Part shown: piece after piece, positions 57,360 to 64,000 of the stretch | Layout: every line of letters begins with the position of its first letter | Numbering within the stretch: the first letter of the stretch is position 1 | Program-made: the position numbers and the translations under genes | The notes under the pieces: generated by a model | What the model was told of the DNA's origin: nothing | Database searches by the model: none | Seen by the model: only the letters and a program-made list of their open reading frames with translations | DNA from: Spirochaetia bacterium | GTDB taxonomy: Bacteria; Spirochaetota; Spirochaetia; SZUA-6; Bin103 | Assembly (NCBI GenBank): GCA_965199955.1 | Contig: CBDATQ010000002.1 | Coordinates: forward strand, 800,001 to 864,000 | Reading direction: 5' to 3' | DNA: 64,000 bases

Positions 57360-57595
57360 CGGCCCCCGTCCCAAGCGGTGAGCTCGGCATCGTCGAGCGG
57401 CTGCACGAACGAGTCCGGCACCGCGCCGTCCCGATCGCGGTGCCGCCCCAACTCGCGCGGCGGAGGCGTCGCCAGTGGCACGAGCCGGACGCAGCGAACA
57501 CCCGCCTTGGCGATCACGATCTCCTCCCCGGCGTGTGCCCGGTCAACCAGCCGCGCGAGTTGGGGCACCGCCTCGTGCACGCTCAGCATCGTCAT
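57356..57595 (-). CDS. Phd/YefM family antitoxin
   Basis: SVHEA..QLARLVDRAHAGEEIVIAKAG...RLVP; ATGA overlap with the toxin. Confidence 0.85.
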   Translation of the reverse strand: MTMLSVHEAVPQLARLVDRAHAGEEIVIAKAGVRCVRLVPLATPPPRELGRHRDRDGAVPDSFVQPLDDAELTAWDGGR

Positions 57596-57677
57596 GCCGC
57601 GAGCATAGTCCGCCTCCCCACGTCGGTCGACGAACGTCCTGGATCGGATGTTGCCCATCCCCGGAGGATGGACTAAA

Positions 57678-59669
57678 CCGAAGTTCCAGAGCGTGAATCT
57701 CTCGTAACTTCATTGACAGAAATTAGTTGCAAGGTGATCTGCGTGCTGATTGGCGTCGTTTCGTGTCCATGTAGATGGTGGTGAATAGCGGCGAGATACA
57801 TGCTATTTGATCTTGACATATCGTGACTTGTGTGCATGCTGTTGCCACAGATCGGTAGTCATGTACATCGAGTCTGTCCCCAACCGCTCCTCTCCCCCTG
57901 CCATCCTGCTCCGCGAGTCCTACCGCGAGCACGGCAAGGTCAAGAAGCGCACGCTCGCGAACCTCTCCAAATGGCCCCCTGATCTGGTCGACGGCTTGCG
58001 CACCCTGCTCAAGGGCGGCCACGCCTTCGCCTCGGTCTCGGATGCGTTGCTGCTCACGCGCTCGCTGCCCCACGGCCACGTCGCCGCCGTGCTGGGCATC
58101 CTCAAGCAGCTCGGACTCCATACCCTCATCGCCCGCAAGGCCAGCCGCTCGCGCGAGCTGATCATCGCCATGATCACCGCCCGCGTCATCGACGCGCAGT
58201 CCAAACTGGCCACCGCCCGCGCGCTCTCACCGCCCAGCGCCGTGTCCACCCTGGGCGAGTCGCTGCGGTTGGGGGAGGTCGATGAGAACGAGCTCTACGA
58301 GGCGATGGACTGGTTGGTCGGGCGCCAGGCGGCGATCGAGGACCGCCTGGCCGAACAGCACCTCAGCGAGCACACGCTGGTGCTCTACGACGTGAGCTCG
58401 ACCTACTTCGAGGGCAGCCACTGCGAGCTGGCGCAGTTGGGACACAGCCGTGACGGCAAGTCGGGCACGCTGCAGATCGTGTTCGGGCTGCTGTGCACCC
58501 AGGAAGGCTGTCCGGTGGCGGTGGAGGTATTCCCTGGCTCTACCGCCGACCCGAAGACGGTGAGCGCGCAGGTGGACAAGATCCGCACCCGCTTCGGACT
58601 CACGCGGGTGGTGCTGGTCGGCGACCGCGGGATGCTGAGCGCGGCGAGGATCCGCGAGGACCTGCAAGAGGTGGAGGGGCTGCGCTGGATCACCACGCTG
58701 CGCGCGCCGACGATCCGCAAGCTGGTGGCCGCCGGCGAGGTGGCGCCGTCGTTGTTCGACGAGCGCGACCTGGCCGAGATCACCAGCGAGGAGTTTCCGG
58801 GCGAGCGGCTGATCGTGTGCCGCAACCCGTTGCTGGCCGACGAACGGGAGCGCAAGCGCCAGGAGCTGCTACAGGCCACCGAGCAGAAGCTGGCCCCGAT
58901 CGCTCAGGCCACCCAGCGCGTCCATCAGCCGCTACGGGGCGAGGCCGAGATCGGCATGCGGGTCGGCAAGGTGATCAATCACTACAAGGTGGGCAAGCAC
59001 TTCGTGACCGAGATCACCTCCGAGTCGTTCAGCTTTCGGCGCGATGAGGCCAAGATCGACGCCGAGCAGGCGCTGGACGGGCTGTACATCGTGCGCAGCA
59101 ACGTGGAGCCGCAGGTGCTCGACGCGGCGCAGACGGTGCGCGCCTACAAGGGGCTGTCGAAGGTGGAGCGGGCGTTTCGGTGCATGAAGTCCGTGGACCT
59201 GAAGGTGCGCCCGATTCACCACCGGCGCGCGGATCGAGTGCGGGCGCACGTGCTGCTGTGCATGCTGGCCTACTACGTGGAGTGGCACATGCGGCGCTCG
59301 TTGGCGCCGTTGCTGTTCGACGATCACGATCGACAGGGCGCCGAGCGCAAGCGGGTCTCCGAGGTGGCTCCGGCGCAGCGATCGGCGGCCGCGGCGGCCA
59401 AGGCGTCGAGCAAGCGCACCGAGGACGGGTTGCCGGTGCACAGCTTTCGGACGCTGATCACTGAACTGGGCACGCTGACGGCGAACACGATGCAGGTTGC
59501 AGAGGGCGGCAGCACGTTCACGCTGCACACGCACCCGACGCCGGTTCAGCAGCGCTGTTTCGAGCTGCTTGGGGTCACGCCCCGCATGTAGCCATGCACA
59601 GGAACCTGCACCATTGAGAAACTACCCTGACCACAAGGACTTCAGGCAATTTCGCTCCTGGAACTTCGG
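57678..59669 (+). mobile_element. Complete IS1634-family insertion sequence
   Basis: Terminal IRs CCGAAGTTCCAG (57678-57689) and CTGGAACTTCGG (59658-59669), flanked by direct repeat ACTAAA (57672-57677 and 59670-59675). Confidence 0.92.
57861..59591 (+). CDS. IS1634-family DDE transposase
   Basis: MYIESVPNR..LLRESYR; DDE residues in LYDVSSTYFEG, VGDRGML and KVERAFR; RVRAHVLLCMLAYY. Confidence 0.92.
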   Translation: MYIESVPNRSSPPAILLRESYREHGKVKKRTLANLSKWPPDLVDGLRTLLKGGHAFASVSDALLLTRSLPHGHVAAVLGILKQLGLHTLIARKASRSRELIIAMITARVIDAQSKLATARALSPPSAVSTLGESLRLGEVDENELYEAMDWLVGRQAAIEDRLAEQHLSEHTLVLYDVSSTYFEGSHCELAQLGHSRDGKSGTLQIVFGLLCTQEGCPVAVEVFPGSTADPKTVSAQVDKIRTRFGLTRVVLVGDRGMLSAARIREDLQEVEGLRWITTLRAPTIRKLVAAGEVAPSLFDERDLAEITSEEFPGERLIVCRNPLLADERERKRQELLQATEQKLAPIAQATQRVHQPLRGEAEIGMRVGKVINHYKVGKHFVTEITSESFSFRRDEAKIDAEQALDGLYIVRSNVEPQVLDAAQTVRAYKGLSKVERAFRCMKSVDLKVRPIHHRRADRVRAHVLLCMLAYYVEWHMRRSLAPLLFDDHDRQGAERKRVSEVAPAQRSAAAAAKASSKRTEDGLPVHSFRTLITELGTLTANTMQVAEGGSTFTLHTHPTPVQQRCFELLGVTPRM

Positions 59670-59728
59670 ACTAAAGTTCGTCATATCGCGGCCGGGCGAA
59701 GACCCGGCCCACGAAGGAGAGGAAGCTC

Positions 59729-60244
59729 ATGAGGAAAGCGATGCTCGTCAAGAAGGGTGCGGTCTCCGTAGTTGCCGCGACGCTTACGATACTGGCCGCT
59801 CAGGCCGCATACGCCGATGAGAGCGGAACGTTCCGCACCGTCAAGAGTTACCATCGCGACTACATCACCATCGATCACGGTGGGCCGACGTTCACCGGAG
59901 GGATGATTACGGGAACCACGACGATCATCGAGAGCAGCGGCGGCCCGTTCATGGAAGGTGCGAACAGCTATTCGGAGTGCCTGGTGTTCTCCAGCAGCTC
60001 GGATGGCTCGCTGTCACTGCAGGCGCCGTGCGTCGATACCGACACGTCCGGGGACATCCAGTATTGGAGGGCCGTGAGGGAACAGGGCGATGTGGGCGCC
60101 GGCGGCGGCGGCACAGGCACCTGGGAGTTGCTGGGCGGCACCGGCAAGTACGCCGGCATTGCCGGCAGATGCTCATACGACACCGAGTATCTGGAAGGCG
60201 ATGTCTTGGTCGCGATCGCCGACTGCAAGTGGAGCAAGATGTAA
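59729..60244 (+). CDS. Secreted hypothetical protein (allene-oxide-cyclase/dirigent-like barrel by motif)
   Basis: Signal peptide ending AYA-DE; GTWELLGGTGKYAGIAG; four Cys. Confidence 0.65.
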   Translation: MRKAMLVKKGAVSVVAATLTILAAQAAYADESGTFRTVKSYHRDYITIDHGGPTFTGGMITGTTTIIESSGGPFMEGANSYSECLVFSSSSDGSLSLQAPCVDTDTSGDIQYWRAVREQGDVGAGGGGTGTWELLGGTGKYAGIAGRCSYDTEYLEGDVLVAIADCKWSKM

Positions 60245-60408
60245 GGCCGGTCCGACGTCGAGTCGCTGATTCGATAATGCCGGCCGGCGCGTTGTCCGCG
60301 CGCCGGCCGGTAACCGAGTTCGTGTTCGCGCGCGAACGGTTGGGAGCCTTGGAGGTGTTGCCCGCGGAGGTCCTGGTCGTGGGTGGACTCGGCAGGGAAG
60401 AGGCCGAC

Positions 60409-60783
60409 ATGAGGGATGAGATCAGGCGTCAGCTGGAGGTGTGCCTCGACGAGTTGCGGCGCAATGCGCTCCGCGAGGAGAGCCTGTTGCGCATCGCGAA
60501 GCTGGCCGACCAGCGTGCGGAAGGCCGTCAAGACCTTCTTTATCTGCAGGCGGAGCAGACCTCGGTCACGAGCAGGGTGATCGGCATGAGCATGTTCGTC
60601 GACGGCGAGGTCAGCGACGGCCCGGACGACCCGGACGTCTGGCCGTACCAGACGGTCGGCGACGCGCTGGCCGACGGGTGGCGGATCGTCAAGTTTCCGG
60701 AGATGGCGATCCTGCTCGACGACCGGCGCACCTATGGACTGGGCTGCGAGTTCATCCTGGAGAAGTGGAGGGAGGCAACGTGA
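60409..60783 (+). CDS. Hypothetical PhyH-associated small protein (paralog of 56519-56947)
   Basis: RQDLLYL...WPYQTV...DGWRIVKFP...TYGLGCEFILEK; GTGA overlap with the PhyH gene. Confidence 0.8.
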   Translation: MRDEIRRQLEVCLDELRRNALREESLLRIAKLADQRAEGRQDLLYLQAEQTSVTSRVIGMSMFVDGEVSDGPDDPDVWPYQTVGDALADGWRIVKFPEMAILLDDRRTYGLGCEFILEKWREAT

Positions 60784-61631
60784 GGCTGCACGACTGCGAT
60801 CCGACCATGACCGACACTCAGGTCCTGGAGTTCTGCAAGAAGGGGTTCCTGATGCTGGAGGGAGTCGTCGGCGAAGACATCAACCGGCGCACGGTCGAGT
60901 TCGTGGAGACCAGGGGCAGCGAGCCGAGCGAGATACTGGAGCACGACTGGTTCACGGACAACGTCATCCTGCAGCCCGACGCCGCCGGGGCGGTCCGCTC
61001 CCTGCTCGGCAGGAACTTCGGCTTGCCGGTCCTGATGAGCAATCACCGGGTGACCTGTCCCATGCCGCGGCAGCAGTGGCACCGGGACGGCAACTCCCCG
61101 CACGGCCCGGCGCTCAAGTACCTGCAGGTCTTCTACTACCCGCAGGAGGTCCCGCGCGAGATGGGTCCCACGGAGATGCTGCCCGGCTCCCACTTTCTCT
61201 ACACCAACGGCCAGCTCCCGCAGAACTACATGGGCCACTACGGCGGGATCCGCGGGTCGCACTACACTACCGCGCCGGCGGGGACGATCTTCCTGACGGT
61301 CTACTCGATCTGGCATCGCCGCAGCGCGTCGACCGGCTCGGGGGTCCGCAACAACCTGAAGTACAATTACTTCCGCACCGTGACGCCGGAGCGCGACTGG
61401 ATCCGCGAGGAGGGCTTCGACTTCGCGACCGCCGACTACGGGTTCGGCGAGCCGCTCACCTACCGCCAGCAGCACCGGGACACCATCGACAACGCGGAGA
61501 TGTTCTGCTGGCTGTGCGGCAAGGCGGAAGAGTTCCGCGTCCTGGGCGGCCAGGGGTGGCCGGTGCCCAACTCCGACAACCACGCACTCATCGCGCGGCC
61601 GTACGGGGTGCCGGAGGGGCTGGACTACTGA
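60780..61631 (+). CDS. PhyH family Fe(II)/2OG dioxygenase (divergent subgroup)
   Basis: FCKKGFL, WHRDG, QVFYYPQ, MGPTEMLPGSH and IWHRR. Confidence 0.85.
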   Translation: MRLHDCDPTMTDTQVLEFCKKGFLMLEGVVGEDINRRTVEFVETRGSEPSEILEHDWFTDNVILQPDAAGAVRSLLGRNFGLPVLMSNHRVTCPMPRQQWHRDGNSPHGPALKYLQVFYYPQEVPREMGPTEMLPGSHFLYTNGQLPQNYMGHYGGIRGSHYTTAPAGTIFLTVYSIWHRRSASTGSGVRNNLKYNYFRTVTPERDWIREEGFDFATADYGFGEPLTYRQQHRDTIDNAEMFCWLCGKAEEFRVLGGQGWPVPNSDNHALIARPYGVPEGLDY

Positions 61632-61640
61632 CCTGGCGGC

Positions 61641-62486
61641 TCAGGTCCACGCCGTCGATCGCGGCGGCGTGCCGCCGTGCCCGTCGCGGCGGACCGGGAT
61701 CGGGGTGGCCTTCAGCTCCCGGATGAGCTCGATCAGGCCCTCGACGGCCGCTTCCAGGAACAGCTCACCCTTCTCCTTCGTCGCCTTCGTCGCGTCCCCC
61801 ATCACGCCGCTGGCCGTGAGGCTGCTCCAGTGGGGCATGAGCCGAGCTGCCGACCCCCGCGGGTGGGCGCCTTCCAGCAGGTCGATGCTGAAGCTCGGTG
61901 GCAGCGGCGTCCGTTCGTCCACGGCCTTGGACATGTCGACCAGGTCGGGCTCCAGCGCCAGGTAGAGCGACGTCTCGTACTCGCCCGCGTGCGCGGCGCC
62001 GTTGAAGTCGGAGTCGCGCAGGCTCCGCGCCACCTCCTTCACGCGCCGCAGGTCCCAGTGGCTGGCGAAGGCGCAGAGGATACGGCTCTCGTACTCGACG
62101 TTCGCAAGGCGCGCCGCCAGGTCGAGAGGCGAGGCGTTGCTGCCGTGCCCGTTCATGATCAGGATGCGGGCGAAGCCTTGGTGGGCAAGGCTGCAGCACA
62201 CGTCCCGCACGTAGCGGATGAACGTGTCCCAGCCGATGGTGAGCGTGCCCGGGTAGTCCATGTGGTGCGGGCTGTAGCCGTGCGGCACGGCCGGCACCAG
62301 GATGGCCTCCCGCGGGATACGGGCCACGGCCCGATCACAGATGCGGGTCGCCAGCACGACGTCGGTGTCGACCGGCAGGTGCGCGCCGTGGTCCTCGTAG
62401 GTTGCCACGGGCAGCACGGCCACGCGATCCTGTCGGGCCGCGTCCTTGACCTCGTGCATGGTCATTTGGGCAAAACGGTACTTCAT
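61641..62486 (-). CDS. Creatininase/MftE family amidohydrolase
   Basis: EDHGAHLPVDTD, GYSPHH, NGHGSN, HAGEYETS and SGVMGD; AGGAGA RBS. Confidence 0.9.
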   Translation of the reverse strand: MKYRFAQMTMHEVKDAARQDRVAVLPVATYEDHGAHLPVDTDVVLATRICDRAVARIPREAILVPAVPHGYSPHHMDYPGTLTIGWDTFIRYVRDVCCSLAHQGFARILIMNGHGSNASPLDLAARLANVEYESRILCAFASHWDLRRVKEVARSLRDSDFNGAAHAGEYETSLYLALEPDLVDMSKAVDERTPLPPSFSIDLLEGAHPRGSAARLMPHWSSLTASGVMGDATKATKEKGELFLEAAVEGLIELIRELKATPIPVRRDGHGGTPPRSTAWT

Positions 62487-62618
62487 GATGGTTATCTCCT
62501 GAGGGCATGATACGCCCTTGTCCCGAAGGCCCCGATGGTGAGCGCCCTCCGAGTTTCAGCAGGCTGCAGGAGCCGGCGCTGGCCGTAGCAGGAGGCGGCG
62601 ACGATTTCCATCTGATCG

Positions 62619-64000
62619 ATGTGCAATGAAGAGCCGGCGGTTCACCACCGCTTCTGCGGTCGCCGCTACGGGCTCGTACGCGGGACCTGGATCGTGTTCC
62701 AGGACGCGCCGCTGGCCGCGGTGACTCGAGCCGCGGTGACGCTGGCGGCGGGTGCCGCGACCGGACCACTGCTGGTGCTGGCGACCGAGCGCTTCGTCGC
62801 GACCGCCCTCGACGTGGCCGGCGGGAACCTGCCGCCGGCGGCCATCGCCGCGCCGGTGATCGCGCTGGCCGCGCTGTTCGCGGTGCAGATCGTCGAATCG
62901 GTCGTGCGCTCGCTGGCGGACGCCCGCATCGAAGCGGGCCTGAGGCGCGGCTTCAGGGCGGATCTGACCCGCAAGCGGGCGCGCCTGGAGTATCGCTACA
63001 TCGACAGCCGGGAGACTCGGGACCTGCTGCAGCGCGTGACGGCGGGCGCGGAAGCGGAATCCCGGCCGGCGCCGGAACGTGGACCGGTCAAGCAGGCGTT
63101 CGACGACGGAGTGGGCCTGGCGGCGCTGGCCGTGCGTGTCATCGGCATCGCCGCCGTGCTGGCACGGCTGGGTTGGTGGATCGTCCCCGCGGCGGTCGCG
63201 GTCACCGTTCCGTTCGTGCTGCTGGGCGTCCACAGCGGGCGCCGCCACTACGAGTTGGAGCGGAGGCTGTCGGGCCGGCGGCGCCGCGCCGACTACCTGT
63301 CAGAGAAGGTGCTGCAGGGAAGGGAAGCCGCGCTGGAGCGGGGGCTTTTCGATTTCGGTGACTACGTCATCGCGCGCTGGCGTGTCGTCTACGACGAAGT
63401 GCGCCGGCTGACCGTCCGTTGGATCGTGCGCCTGTGGGTGCGCTACAAGGGAGCGGCCTTTCCGGCGATCGCGGTGGTCATCGCCGCAATGCTCGCTTTA
63501 CTTCGGCCATTGCGGACGGGCGTAATCGACATCGCGTTCTACGTCGCGTCGGTCATGGCGTTCCTGCAGGCCGAACGGGTCGTGACCCAGGAGTTCGTGC
63601 AGATCACCTGGCGGCTCTCCCAACACCGGGAGTTCTTCGTCGACCTGACCGCGTTCTCGGCGATGGCCGAGACGGCGCGCCCGCTCACGCGGCGCGCGCC
63701 TGAGGAGACTTTCAGATCGATCGAGTTCGCCGGAGTGAGCTTCACGTATCCCGGTACCGAGCAGCCGGTCCTGACGGATGTCAGCTTCGTGCTGGAAGCC
63801 GGCCGACACTACGCGCTGGTCGGCGCAAACGGGTCCGGCAAGTCGACCATCGCGAAGTTGATGATGGGCCTGTACCGCCCGGACGGAGGGCGGATTCTGA
63901 TCAACGGCACCCCGATCACCGAGTGGACGCAGGAAGCCCTGAACGGACTGTTCGGCGTGGTATTCCAGGACTTCGCGCGCTATTCGCTCACGGTCCGCGA
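62619..64000 (+). CDS. Fused ABC exporter permease/ATP-binding protein, 3'-partial (absent from the ORF track)
   Basis: Hand translation from ATG 62619 gives TM segments; the same frame carries Walker A VGANGSGKST near 63819-63848 and FQDFARY at the window end. Confidence 0.85.
   Translation, partial: MCNEEPAVHHRFCGRRYGLVRGTWIVFQDAPLAAVTRAAVTLAAGAATGPLLVLATERFVATALDVAGGNLPPAAIAAPVIALAALFAVQIVESVVRSLADARIEAGLRRGFRADLTRKRARLEYRYIDSRETRDLLQRVTAGAEAESRPAPERGPVKQAFDDGVGLAALAVRVIGIAAVLARLGWWIVPAAVAVTVPFVLLGVHSGRRHYELERRLSGRRRRADYLSEKVLQGREAALERGLFDFGDYVIARWRVVYDEVRRLTVRWIVRLWVRYKGAAFPAIAVVIAAMLALLRPLRTGVIDIAFYVASVMAFLQAERVVTQEFVQITWRLSQHREFFVDLTAFSAMAETARPLTRRAPEETFRSIEFAGVSFTYPGTEQPVLTDVSFVLEAGRHYALVGANGSGKSTIAKLMMGLYRPDGGRILINGTPITEWTQEALNGLFGVVFQDFARYSLTVR

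Noticed and set aside
9517..61631. PhyH-like proteins as Fe/2OG halogenases
   Set aside because: All nine keep the HxD carboxylate ligand; halogenases have HxA or HxG.
55687..61631. Composite transposon or recent inverted duplication carrying the two partner-PhyH cassettes
   Set aside because: There is only one IS copy, with its own target duplication, and the paralogs are too diverged for a recent duplication.
61641..62486. Mycofactocin (mftE) cluster
   Set aside because: No precursor peptide, radical SAM or other mft gene is nearby, so only the creatininase family call is supported.
62626..62724. ATG 62626 as the ABC transporter start, which would imply a frameshift
   Set aside because: That frame stops after 32 codons, while ATG 62619 is in frame with the TM segments and Walker A motif.

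Overview
GC-rich bacterial chromosomal window (roughly 70% GC by eye) with about 65 CDS. I found no rRNA, tRNA or CRISPR array. Main content: (1) a catabolic repertoire with nine PhyH-family Fe(II)/2-oxoglutarate dioxygenase domains (one fused to a nitrilase-type C-N hydrolase), two sulfatases, a GH29 fucosidase, four glycosidase-like beta-propeller proteins, amidohydrolases, Gfo/Idh/MocA oxidoreductases, an enolase-family dehydratase, MmsA, an AraD1-like FAH protein and a creatininase; (2) a divergent pair of a LigD-type primase-polymerase and a PolX-PHP whose polymerase DxD motif is lost; (3) a YknWXYZ/MacAB-like exporter operon and a MoxR-DUF58 module; (4) five apparently complete toxin-antitoxin-type pairs plus many eroded TA and other gene fragments at intergenic junctions; (5) a complete IS1634-family element with 12-bp inverted repeats and a 6-bp target duplication. 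The best candidates for something undescribed are two paralogous small proteins (47/80 identical in an ungapped hand alignment), each placed directly upstream of a PhyH dioxygenase, and a 17-bp tandem repeat that forms a chain of 6-codon mini-ORFs linking moxR to the DUF58 gene through GTGA stop/start overlaps. Many genes look leaderless, with TAnnnT 6-8 nt before the start codon. The PhyH/sulfatase expansion resembles marine sponge symbionts, but that is inference. All family calls are from motif recognition by eye; no database search was run.
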